Notes: a model not told the origin generated them from the sequence alone. Shown: positions 36,799 through 45,734, numbered from the stretch's first letter. The stretch: DNA of 64,000 nt from an uncultured virus (IMG/VR IMGVR_UViG_3300002097_000869) (IMGVR_UViG_3300002097_000869:62001-126000), one strand, 5' to 3'. Numbers and translations: made by a program.

Positions 36799-37494
36799 AT
36801 GAATTCTAGGATAAAACTTTTGTGGGCAACTCCCGATTGTGAGTATCAGATTGTGAGAAGCACTCGTATTTGTTGGGACAGTGGGGAGGAGTCAGACAGC
36901 CGTTGGGTACAAACAGATGACTATAGAAAGCTAATGGTGGAGAAGCAAATGACCCTTGGGGTTCCCTTATTTGAAGTAAAATTGGGCTCAAAGGACGAAG
37001 CTCTCCTTAGAAAGATTATGTCAAACCAACACAACACTTGCCTTCGTTTTGCTAGTGCAGCTTTTCATATAGAGGGTATTTCTCGTGTGTGTTCACACCA
37101 ATTGGTTAGAATAGCAAACTTTGGTTTACTACAAAGGTCTCAACGTTATTGTTTAGAAGACGGGACAGGGTTTATTTTGCCAACTTCCTTAGAGTTCGAC
37201 GACGAAGTTTTGGAATTTAATAAGGCGGCAGAAAACCTGTATAGGAAATTAATAGCTAATGGTGTTAAGGAGGAGGACGCCAGGTATGTTTTACCATCCT
37301 CATCTTCTACACAACTAGATATGACCTCAAATTTCCAGGGATGGAAACACTTTTTGAGTATTCGCCTTGCAAAGAAGGTTCAGTATGAGACACGCTTGGT
37401 GGCTGCAAAACTATGTCAAGAGTTATATAAGCTAGCCCCCATAGTGTTTGAAGAAGACTATAACAAACTTGACAAGATAAGTTTAGGAGACTAA
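36799..37494 (+). CDS. thyX: Flavin-dependent thymidylate synthase (variant motif)
   Basis: H.T.L.F..A.F.IEGISRVCSHQLVR..SQRY, EDARYVLP, N..W.HF..RL..Q.E.R; RHR motif reads RIA. Confidence 0.85.
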   Translation: MNSRIKLLWATPDCEYQIVRSTRICWDSGEESDSRWVQTDDYRKLMVEKQMTLGVPLFEVKLGSKDEALLRKIMSNQHNTCLRFASAAFHIEGISRVCSHQLVRIANFGLLQRSQRYCLEDGTGFILPTSLEFDDEVLEFNKAAENLYRKLIANGVKEEDARYVLPSSSSTQLDMTSNFQGWKHFLSIRLAKKVQYETRLVAAKLCQELYKLAPIVFEEDYNKLDKISLGD

Positions 37495-37560
37495 AAATGG
37501 ATACTAATGAGAGGGTGGAATTCAACATTAGTCGTGTACGTACACTCGCGTAGGTGATTT

Positions 37561-37776
37561 TTGTTCTCCGAAAAAAAATATGAAATAGAGTATTATGCAG
37601 AACCATTATGTGAATGTTTTAAATGTTCAAATATACACTTACGTAAAGATAGAACTAAAAAGGCTCTAAATAGCGGTAAGTTCTTATGTATTTATTTGTG
37701 CCCAAAATGTGGTGCTGAGAAGTACCTTTGGGTAGGGGATAAAATTCTTAAGAGGAGGGCGCAAAGTGGAGACTAG
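37561..37776 (+). CDS. Small zinc-ribbon protein
   Basis: CFKC..CPKCG. Confidence 0.55.
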   Translation: MFSEKKYEIEYYAEPLCECFKCSNIHLRKDRTKKALNSGKFLCIYLCPKCGAEKYLWVGDKILKRRAQSGD

Positions 37777-38218
37777 GCCGGTATTTAAGGTGTGGAAGCT
37801 ATCTGAGGGTTCTAAAATACCCATTCAAGCACATGATACAGATACAGGATGGGATGTTTGTGCTGAGGTGGATTTTATTTTGCCGCCGAAAAAACTTTCT
37901 GCCGTTCCTTTGGGTATTGTTGTTAAGGCTCCAGAGGGATATTATATAGAACTATACCCAAGAAGTTCTCTATTTAAGAAACATAAATGTGTTTTAGCTA
38001 ATTCTGTAGGAATAGTAGATGGTTCTTTTTCTGGACCTAATGATAAGTTGATGGCTCTATTGTATAATACATCTTCTGAGCTCCAACATATAGAGGCTGG
38101 AGAGCGCATTCTTCAGATGGTCCCCAGAAAAAGGTTGGACATTGATTTGTGGGACATGACAGGACAACCCTTTGAGACCGGGGACCGTGGGGGTCTTGGT
38201 TCGACAGGAGAGAAATAA
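37766..38218 (+). CDS. dut: Trimeric dUTPase
   Basis: GWD, PRSS, NSVGIVD, GERILQ, RGGLGSTG. Confidence 0.9.
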   Translation: METRPVFKVWKLSEGSKIPIQAHDTDTGWDVCAEVDFILPPKKLSAVPLGIVVKAPEGYYIELYPRSSLFKKHKCVLANSVGIVDGSFSGPNDKLMALLYNTSSELQHIEAGERILQMVPRKRLDIDLWDMTGQPFETGDRGGLGSTGEK

Positions 38219-38598
38219 TGACTATAGAAACACTGAATAAGCTGTTGGACGCAATGACAGATTTAAGTGCTATAAATGTAAGATTGAAAGATGAGGAGCT
38301 AACTCTTGTCCTTCTTGATTTGTCCTCCATTATGATTGAGGAATTAAAGGCCTATGTTCCTGGTAAGTTGGAGACTGCTTTAACTGAGCCAGGGCAATGT
38401 TGGCAGTGCGGCCCGTATAAGATTTTCAATACGGCTGAGCCCCAAAACCAGGACCCTTGTCGTTATATTCCTACTGTGTGGAGTGAAGCTGCCGGAGGTT
38501 GGCTCAGTACCTTACGGTATGTTGATAACACGGAAAAGGTCGAGGGTACAGACCTATTAGACTATACTCATACGGAAACAAAGTCCGATGGCAAATAA
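38218..38598 (+). CDS. Hypothetical protein
   Basis: Overlapping operon ORF. Confidence 0.55.
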   Translation: MTIETLNKLLDAMTDLSAINVRLKDEELTLVLLDLSSIMIEELKAYVPGKLETALTEPGQCWQCGPYKIFNTAEPQNQDPCRYIPTVWSEAAGGWLSTLRYVDNTEKVEGTDLLDYTHTETKSDGK

Positions 38599-38827
38599 GC
38601 CTGTTCGTGTTTCAAATTCTGTAGCTATTAATATAGTTCCCCCAAAGGGGTTTTCTTTGAGTGGTGATACTAAAGTAGTATCAGAAGAACAAAAAAGCCC
38701 GCCAGAAGAAGAAATACTTACTCAACTATACAACCATTTAGAGCGACTAGAAAATTTAAAACAAGATACAATAAAATTAATTGGTATGGTAAAGAAAAAA
38801 TTTGGTTGTTCTAATTGTGATAAATAG
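38588..38827 (+). CDS. Hypothetical protein
   Basis: Overlapping operon ORF. Confidence 0.5.
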   Translation: MANKPVRVSNSVAINIVPPKGFSLSGDTKVVSEEQKSPPEEEILTQLYNHLERLENLKQDTIKLIGMVKKKFGCSNCDK

Positions 38828-38842
38828 ATTTTTAGAGGCCTG

Positions 38843-38877
38843 AAAAATTTTAGGTATGCCACGAGGGATCGTTCCTT
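38843..38877 (+). repeat. Conserved intergenic motif, copy 2
   Basis: AAAAATTTTAGGTATGCCACGAGGGATCGTTCCTT versus AAAAATTCTAGGTATGTCATACAGGCTCGTTCCTT. Confidence 0.6.
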
Positions 38878-38935
38878 AGTCGTCGAAAGGCTGTTTCAAA
38901 GGGCACGATGTTAGGTTAGCTAGGAGATATAGATA

Positions 38936-39664
38936 GTGGAATCTGGTATAGTTTATAAAAAATGTAGTAAGTGTAAGGAAGTAAAGCCTATCGAGGAGTT
39001 TCATAATGATAAGACTCGCGCTGATGGGCATAGGAACTGGTGTAGAATATGCGCTGTGAAACATAGAAGACAGTATTACAAAGATAATAAAGATGCCATA
39101 GCCCAATATTACGAAGATAATAAAGAGGCTATAGCTAAGTATGGTAGGCAATATCGCAAAGATAATAAAGATATCGTAGCAGAGCGGAACAAGCAATATT
39201 ACGAAGGTAATAAAGATACCATAGCAGAGAAGCATAAGCAATATTACGAAGGTAATAAAGATACCATAGCAGAACGGAAAAAGCAATATTACGAAGGTAA
39301 TAAAGATACCATAGCAGAGAAGCATAAGCGGTATTATAAAACTTTTTTAGGTAGGAAAGCGATAAAAGCAGGCAGCCAAAATCGTAGAGCCAGGAAAAAG
39401 AAAGCTGAAGGTAAGATTACTAAAACAGTAGTGCTGCAGGTGGAAGAAAATAATAGACAAGAGTATGGTAAGTTAGCTTGTGTTTATTGTGGAGCGGCTG
39501 TTTCCGATGATTACCATTTAGATCATAGAGTGCCTCTAGCACGGGGCGGGGATAATACAATAGAAAACCTGGCTATAGCTTGTCCAACATGTAATCTTAG
39601 AAAACATACAAAAACAGATGAGGAATTTTTAGAAGAACTCCAAAAATATCCCCCAAATAATTAG
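38936..39664 (+). CDS. HNH endonuclease, paralog of 34201-35016
   Basis: Same N-terminal Zn finger; CVYCG..HLDHRVPLARGGDN..CPTCN; GTG start after AGGAG. Confidence 0.88.
   Translation: MESGIVYKKCSKCKEVKPIEEFHNDKTRADGHRNWCRICAVKHRRQYYKDNKDAIAQYYEDNKEAIAKYGRQYRKDNKDIVAERNKQYYEGNKDTIAEKHKQYYEGNKDTIAERKKQYYEGNKDTIAEKHKRYYKTFLGRKAIKAGSQNRRARKKKAEGKITKTVVLQVEENNRQEYGKLACVYCGAAVSDDYHLDHRVPLARGGDNTIENLAIACPTCNLRKHTKTDEEFLEELQKYPPNN
39068..39325 (+). repeat. Coding tandem repeat, 6 units (one of 33 nt, five of 45 nt), KQYYEGNKDTIAExx
   Basis: Recurrent GCAATATTACGAAGGTAATAAAGATACCATAGCAGA. Confidence 0.88.
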
Positions 39665-39865
39665 GGCGGGGTTTTCTGGAAAATTTCTAGGTATCATTCG
39701 TTGGCGAGGGTTTCTTTCGTGCGCGCAGGAAAGGTTTTTTATTGGACCAACCATAAAACGAGAACAACAAGTAGAAAAATCCAGAGGGTCTTTCGACGGT
39801 CGGTTTGGAAAAAAAGAAGAGGAACGAGGTGTTCTATCTACTGTTTTTCAGATAAGGAGGGCATA

Positions 39866-40225
39866 ATGCAGGATATTGAGATTAGACCAAAGAAAAGGGC
39901 ACTAAGAAGACAACAGAAAAAACGTATGAAAGGAAGAGCTAAGAAGGTAGGGAAGCTGTGGGGTATAAAAGAAGACGAACTAGACGAATTTGCAGGCAAA
40001 TTCTGTAACAATATAAAAAGGTGTTCTTGTTGGGCATGTGGGAATTTGAGAAAGTATCTAGGTGAGGAAACTAAGCAGGAGAGACTAGCAAGGTTGAAAG
40101 AAGCAGAAGAATTACCAGACAAAGAAGAGGACAATAGATTGGAGGAGTGGTATTGGCTACTAGATCTAGAAAAATTCGAGGATGATGATCTTATGGGGGT
40201 TTTTAATTGGGAAAAAGTCTTGTAG
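39866..40225 (+). CDS. Hypothetical protein (basic N-terminus, CSCWACGN motif)
   Basis: AGGAGG RBS before ATG 39866; the ORF-track extension from 39701 is probably non-coding. Confidence 0.65.
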   Translation: MQDIEIRPKKRALRRQQKKRMKGRAKKVGKLWGIKEDELDEFAGKFCNNIKRCSCWACGNLRKYLGEETKQERLARLKEAEELPDKEEDNRLEEWYWLLDLEKFEDDDLMGVFNWEKVL

Positions 40226-40346
40226 ATAGGTAGATACTAAGGGGATTTATGAGGGGCATACAAAGAAGGACAAGCGGAATAATTAGTTAGGTAAGTCTAT
40301 TTGTTCAGTGGTTTTTTTGTCTCCACAGGCATGTATAATTTTTGTT

Positions 40347-41285
40347 TCACAGTTCCTCACTATGGAAAGCACACAGCCAGTTATCCTTGCTTTGCTTTCT
40401 TGTATCTTGGGTTTTTGCATTAATATAGCTGAGGTATCCCTCCATATCAGAATAACAATCTTCATAAGGATCTATATATTCAGTTTCCTTCTCTCCTTTT
40501 GGGGTCTCCTTTATGAGAGGGGGTTTCTCAGAAGTCTCTATTTTGGTTTTTGTATCTTGTAAGTTAAGATCTTTAATGTTTGTTGCCCAGGTTCTACCTA
40601 TTATATGTTGGTCTTCTACCTTGTCAACATCCAGACCATTAAGATTACAATGTTCGAAACCTATAGGTGTTATAGCTTGCGTCTTTTCGAATACTGTGCT
40701 TATGGCATTCAAAACATTAGTTACATAGGTATAGGTGGGGGTTGTACGTCTATTGAAAATACATTTTAGAAATTTTGTATCATCAAATATACAATTTACG
40801 AATCTTACCTGTGTGGTTCTATCTTCTTCTGAACTTCTGGGATCTACGATTCCGTCGAATACACATTTAAGAAAGGTGCACCTACGAAATATGCACCCAT
40901 CAAATCTTGTATGTTCAAATAAGCATTCCTCAAAAACACAATCTATAAATTGTGTGTCCGACCATATGGTGTTTAGGCCTATTTCGTTTTCCTTAAATAC
41001 ACACTTGTTAAAGAGAGTTTTGTTCGTAGTAAAACCCTCAAAATTTATTAAGAATAGTTCATTTGCCACCATATTTATGTCAGAAAAGTGGGTATCTCTT
41101 ATAGTAAGACTGGATAGCGTAGTTTTTTCCATACAGCTATTTGACAATAGACACGACTCTATAGTGAGTAATTCTATCTCGCTGTCTTCTAAATCTATAT
41201 CAGTTAATGTTTTCCCTACTATTAGATTGCCGGTAATATAAGCTTTCTTAGCAGTTAATCCTGAGAAGAGTTGGTTAATTTTCAT
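40347..41285 (-). CDS. Pentapeptide-repeat protein
   Basis: Five-residue periodicity (FIDCV FEECL FEHTR FDGCI FRRCT FLKCV). Confidence 0.8.
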   Translation of the reverse strand: MKINQLFSGLTAKKAYITGNLIVGKTLTDIDLEDSEIELLTIESCLLSNSCMEKTTLSSLTIRDTHFSDINMVANELFLINFEGFTTNKTLFNKCVFKENEIGLNTIWSDTQFIDCVFEECLFEHTRFDGCIFRRCTFLKCVFDGIVDPRSSEEDRTTQVRFVNCIFDDTKFLKCIFNRRTTPTYTYVTNVLNAISTVFEKTQAITPIGFEHCNLNGLDVDKVEDQHIIGRTWATNIKDLNLQDTKTKIETSEKPPLIKETPKGEKETEYIDPYEDCYSDMEGYLSYINAKTQDTRKQSKDNWLCAFHSEEL

Positions 41286-41977
41286 ATCAGGCCCCTGGAA
41301 CAGAATGAAACCATACCACGGTTTTCTATCTTGGGTATCGTTTTATTTATGACCGGTACTTTTTCATTATAAGTAGGGATGAGCCCATGAGTACTTAAAC
41401 AATGCTGTACAGTAAATGGAAGAGACCCATCTATGAAGTTATATTTGTTCTGCCTTGTTCTTACCTGGTTATATTCTGGGTATGTTTTACTAATTCTACT
41501 AAACCTACCTAGAGCAGTGTTAGGTAGGAAATCACAGAATTTGAATGCTGGCTTGTCCTTTTCTACCCATCGAGACATAGAAAAGTTGGTTCCAGATAGG
41601 GACGAATTTTTTATCTGGGTTTCTATGAATGAACATTTATTAAATAGACTATTTATAAAGGCACAGAGGTCGAAAACACACCTTATAAAGGTTATATTAT
41701 TGAATATACAGTCGTATATAATGGAGTTTTCTATGTGTGTATCTAAGATAACTCCATTTTGTATTCCAGAGTTTTTTGCATGTAAGCCTGAGATAATAGT
41801 ATCTTTTATAGCTATTTTATAAGCTAGGCTATTTGTAATATATGGAATATATATTTTACAGCTGCCTGCTTCTAGATCGCCTAACTGTTTTTTATCTGCC
41901 TCTAAAGCTTCGATTATCTTGCCTTTAATGACCTGTTTGTTTATCGTGATAGCTGTGGCTGTAGGATTTGTTCTCAT
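41282..41977 (-). CDS. Pentapeptide-repeat protein
   Basis: IENSI IYDCI FNNIT FIRCV FDLCA FINSL FNKCS. Confidence 0.8.
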   Translation of the reverse strand: MRTNPTATAITINKQVIKGKIIEALEADKKQLGDLEAGSCKIYIPYITNSLAYKIAIKDTIISGLHAKNSGIQNGVILDTHIENSIIYDCIFNNITFIRCVFDLCAFINSLFNKCSFIETQIKNSSLSGTNFSMSRWVEKDKPAFKFCDFLPNTALGRFSRISKTYPEYNQVRTRQNKYNFIDGSLPFTVQHCLSTHGLIPTYNEKVPVINKTIPKIENRGMVSFCSRGLI

Positions 41978-42008
41978 TGAATTCGTCTTGGGGTCTTTTA
42001 GATTGGGG

Positions 42009-42830
42009 TTAGTTGGACATCAATCTTAGAAGGCTATCAGCATAGATAGTCGCTGTTGTGGAGCTTTCATCTGTGAGACAAGGAGTAGTGTTTATTTCTA
42101 AAACATAGGCTTGTTTGTTATCTTTTGAGTAAACAATATCTACTGCTCCATAATGTAGCTCAAATTTTTGTAGTGTTAATATGGATACCCTATTTATTAG
42201 GTCGATAACCTTAGGATCACTATATGAAGGGGCTAGAAAACTATAGCCATTGTCATGATTTTTTATAATAGAAGACTCCGTCTTTGTTGTGACTTTTTTT
42301 TCTGATAGTTTTGCTATGTAATAATCCTCAATTCTCTTAGGATTTAGTATGTTACTAAATACATGAGCCCTGAATTCCCTTGTATTTTTTATAAACTTTA
42401 TAAAATGAGTGGCCCCTTGTAGTTCGGCACTTCTAGCTTCTTTCATATTTTCGCAAAACCAGAATCCAGAGGCTTTCATATGATAGGTTGTTCTTCCTAT
42501 AACAGGGAACTCTGCTTTAGATATTTCTTTTGCACTAAGCCATAGTATAGGAGCAGGGATTCCCTTTGCTTTGAATCGTATTCTTGCTAGTCGTTTATTG
42601 GCACTAATTGCTATTTTAGAGGGATGGTTTATTATTGTAGGTTTACCTATAATAATAAATATGGAAGAATTTCCCACATTTACTATATAATCGAACTCCC
42701 TCCCTTTTATTCTTTTTCCATCAGGTATCCCCTGTAGAACTTCATTGTTTTTATCTGTTCCTTGTAAGGCAGTTACTAGGGCATTAGCAGACTGTGCTCC
42801 CTTTGCATTATGTAACACTAATATTTTCAT
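42009..42830 (-). CDS. ATP-grasp peptide ligase (phage/RimK-like)
   Basis: NK..A...F...GIPAP, FPVIGR, REFRAHVF, NHDNG, YGAVDIV, YVLEINTTP. Confidence 0.85.
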   Translation of the reverse strand: MKILVLHNAKGAQSANALVTALQGTDKNNEVLQGIPDGKRIKGREFDYIVNVGNSSIFIIIGKPTIINHPSKIAISANKRLARIRFKAKGIPAPILWLSAKEISKAEFPVIGRTTYHMKASGFWFCENMKEARSAELQGATHFIKFIKNTREFRAHVFSNILNPKRIEDYYIAKLSEKKVTTKTESSIIKNHDNGYSFLAPSYSDPKVIDLINRVSILTLQKFELHYGAVDIVYSKDNKQAYVLEINTTPCLTDESSTTATIYADSLLRLMSN

Positions 42831-42839
42831 TATCTCTCC

Positions 42840-43568
42840 TTAGCTAAGTTTACAATATATTCCTTGTGTATTAAAACTCCAGCGTAGTCTCTGTTCACAA
42901 TTACTACAGCGTGTATATATATTATTTTTCTTAGTACAAGAAAAATTATAAAATAGTTTATCTATGGTGTCTATGTGGGAGTCACATGAAGGACAATATC
43001 CAAAAAATATTCCCGGAGAGACACTATAATAGGTATCTTGTGTTCCCCCTTCTATATTAGGGGAGGCAGTGTTGAATCTTGTTACAACAAAAGCCTGAAA
43101 TAGAGCTTTTTGTATAGAATTAGGTGTAGAATCTGGATTTATAAATAGGGGCATAACACTAGAGTATATCTTTTCTAATATGAGGCCTATTTTGGAATCC
43201 TCTTCTTCATTTAGAGAGGATAGACTATAACTGTTGGGTATTTGTTCAGTATTTATTGCATAATGCTTATATCCAGAAGGGAATTCTCTTACATCAATAA
43301 TTCTCTTTTCTGTTTCTTTTAGCAGTTCTGTAAAAATACTACCACAAAAATCAGAATTTTTAACAACCACACTATTATAGTGGGTGTCTTTCTCTATACA
43401 GATAACTTCAGAGTTAAGAACCTTTGTAGGTATCTGACAGGTTTGGTATTTTTCTGCTTTTATTATACATAAGGTATCTTTATTAAGAGGACTTATTTTT
43501 ATATTTAGGTTAGTTTCTTCCAGTTCTCTTCTAGATACTACTTTGTATATCATTCCGGGTTTACTCAT
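42840..43568 (-). CDS. Hypothetical protein with C-terminal Zn ribbon
   Basis: CPSC..CSNC; similar layout to 43561-44367. Confidence 0.6.
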   Translation of the reverse strand: MSKPGMIYKVVSRRELEETNLNIKISPLNKDTLCIIKAEKYQTCQIPTKVLNSEVICIEKDTHYNSVVVKNSDFCGSIFTELLKETEKRIIDVREFPSGYKHYAINTEQIPNSYSLSSLNEEEDSKIGLILEKIYSSVMPLFINPDSTPNSIQKALFQAFVVTRFNTASPNIEGGTQDTYYSVSPGIFFGYCPSCDSHIDTIDKLFYNFSCTKKNNIYTRCSNCEQRLRWSFNTQGIYCKLS

Positions 43569-44367
43569 TTGAAATAAGTCTGCATATTCTCGGATAAGCT
43601 AGGGGTGAGTTAGAATAAGTGCTATTATTGTAGGGAAGTAGGTCAGTTGTGCACATGCAAAAATTTAGTTCAAACGTACTCTTGTGGTCACAGTCAGAAC
43701 ATACTATGGTAAACTTATTTTCGTTTGTTACAGCTACTTCCACGTCTGATCTAAAAGTTAGAGTACTCCCACAATGGCTACATAGAGTATAAGCAGCACT
43801 AATTATAGAAGATACTATAAATTTGTGTTCTACTCCTTCCACAAAGGGTATTTCAGGAGGAGTAGTGTCCCAATTTGTGGCACAGTGGCCTCCAGCTTTT
43901 TTGTGATATTGATAGCCCACAAGCCTTTTTTGTATAAAATATTTTTGTATATAAATAGGAAATTTGCTAATATTTATTTCTCTTCTTATTGTTTCAAATC
44001 CACTTAAAATTTCCAATGGAACCACTATTGGAATAGTATTAAAACGCAGTAGGGATGGTGTTAATGAATAGTTAAGAGGGTATAAGAATATTTTTTCTTT
44101 ATACTCTTTTATAGGGCGAAATTCTTCCGGTAGAACGACAAAGATAATATGTTTCAGATTTTCTATTTCGGATTCTGCTAGGGTCATGACGAAGGAATCC
44201 AAAAGAGAGATAAGCTTTATATTTCCCTGGTTTTCTCGTATTGTTTCACCAAACTTTAATTCTTCTGATTTTATCTTGAGTATGGTTCCACTAAAAGGTC
44301 TAGCTATTTTTGTCACTTTTGTTACCACCTTTTTTATAGTCTGTAGTATACCAACCAGTACCGACAA
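43561..44367 (-). CDS. Hypothetical protein with C-terminal Zn ribbon
   Basis: CSHC..CSDC; start uncertain (overlaps the FmdB-like gene). Confidence 0.6.
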   Translation of the reverse strand: MSVLVGILQTIKKVVTKVTKIARPFSGTILKIKSEELKFGETIRENQGNIKLISLLDSFVMTLAESEIENLKHIIFVVLPEEFRPIKEYKEKIFLYPLNYSLTPSLLRFNTIPIVVPLEILSGFETIRREINISKFPIYIQKYFIQKRLVGYQYHKKAGGHCATNWDTTPPEIPFVEGVEHKFIVSSIISAAYTLCSHCGSTLTFRSDVEVAVTNENKFTIVCSDCDHKSTFELNFCMCTTDLLPYNNSTYSNSPLAYPRICRLISNE

Positions 44368-44509
44368 GATGAAATGAGGTCGCCTGTATTTGAATTCGCA
44401 TTTTTGACTTGCATTTAGGACAAACCTTGTCGTTTCTTTTATCTGATGCCTTTTGCTCTATTTCTCGTTCTCTACCACAATTTTCACACTTGAAAAGATA
44501 GAAAGGCAT
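44300..44509 (-). CDS. FmdB-family zinc-ribbon protein
   Basis: MPFYLFKCENCG..CPKC..F.L.GTGWY.TDY. Confidence 0.85.
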   Translation of the reverse strand: MPFYLFKCENCGREREIEQKASDKRNDKVCPKCKSKMRIQIQATSFHLVGTGWYTTDYKKGGNKSDKNS

Positions 44510-45582
44510 TAAATATCCTCCGAAAAGAAAACTCGTATAAACCTGTCTTTTTTCAAGGCGACTTCAAGAACTGGTTTTATATGTGACGGTAAAGGAATCG
44601 TAGTTTTACTTTCTAATCCAAAGCCTGAGTACGATACAGCCGATGCAATGTCTTTTTGGCAGGCTCTTATTTTCGTTGTTACACCACTAAATTTATAAGG
44701 ACATATTATAAGTTTAGCTTTCTCCGTATCTTCTATAATATTTCCCTCGCTACAAATAAGTTCTGATATAATAAAGTCTTTAAACACTGCTTCTTTCCCT
44801 ATTGTAGTACGAATAAGACTACAGGACACCGCCTTTACGTCCAGGATTTCACAGCCAACTATACCTGAGTCTACTATTTTGGTAAGTAAAAGCATACATT
44901 CCGATAAAGTAGACCCTACAAAAGATACTTTTGACAGGGTACAAAAAAAGAAGTCACACTCGTGTATCTCCACCTCATTGAGACTGAGATCGTCTATTGT
45001 GGACTTAAAAAATGTACAATCATAGAATATTATCTTACCGTTATATTTGTGTCTAGCATCATAGATTCTTTCACTAAATTCACAGGCTATAAATTTGCAA
45101 CCAGAAAAGGAAATAAACTCTATGTATTCAAAATCTGTAAAGGTACAATTAGCAAAGCTACAATTTATAAATTCTAATCCTGTGTTTGGGGAACATACTT
45201 GTGTAAACTCACAGTGGTCAAAATAGCAATCTCTATATTTACCCATAGTAGCCTGATGAGCACTAAGATAACAATCTGAGAACAGACAATTATAAAAATC
45301 TTCTTCTAAACTTGATAATAAACTAAAATCACATTTATCAAACGCTGTGTTCTCCTTACCATAATCAGACCAATTGTGTACACTTTTTTTACTTATGGTT
45401 TCATTCGTAATTATAAAGTCTTTTGTTAACTTTAATTTTTTATAGATATAGCCTTGCATGTGTGTTCTTGTTAACCTCTTTCTTGTGCTCCCATATAATA
45501 TAGCGTTTTGCTGTCCAGCAGCAATAGCGAACATACTAACCAAGCCATAGATAAGTTTCCTATAACATAAGAGCATCACCAA
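44509..45582 (-). CDS. Pentapeptide-repeat protein
   Basis: FINCS FANCT F.., FSGCK FIACE, FYDCT FFKST; the true start may be the internal Met of MQGYIY. Confidence 0.8.
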   Translation of the reverse strand: MVMLLCYRKLIYGLVSMFAIAAGQQNAILYGSTRKRLTRTHMQGYIYKKLKLTKDFIITNETISKKSVHNWSDYGKENTAFDKCDFSLLSSLEEDFYNCLFSDCYLSAHQATMGKYRDCYFDHCEFTQVCSPNTGLEFINCSFANCTFTDFEYIEFISFSGCKFIACEFSERIYDARHKYNGKIIFYDCTFFKSTIDDLSLNEVEIHECDFFFCTLSKVSFVGSTLSECMLLLTKIVDSGIVGCEILDVKAVSCSLIRTTIGKEAVFKDFIISELICSEGNIIEDTEKAKLIICPYKFSGVTTKIRACQKDIASAVSYSGFGLESKTTIPLPSHIKPVLEVALKKDRFIRVFFSEDI

Positions 45583-45585
45583 TTT

Positions 45586-45718
45586 AAAAAGAGGTACAGC
45601 TCTAGTACCTACCCAAACGTAGGAACCACGTTGTGGTATCGTGGTGTGTTCAGGACGTGCTTTTTACACCATATAGGTCTTTTTCCTATGCACCGGGGTT
45701 TCTATTCTAGCTATTATA
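45586..45718 (-). promoter_or_regulatory. Candidate structured leader ending in an intrinsic terminator
   Basis: On the minus strand: TATAAT, four hairpins, then AGGTAC-N7-GTACCT-CTTTTT. Confidence 0.4.
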
Positions 45719-45734
45719 TATAGGAGCGTAATAA

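Noticed and set aside
38828..39865. Group I or II intron around the HNH gene
   Set aside because: No recognisable catalytic core, and no interrupted host gene on either side
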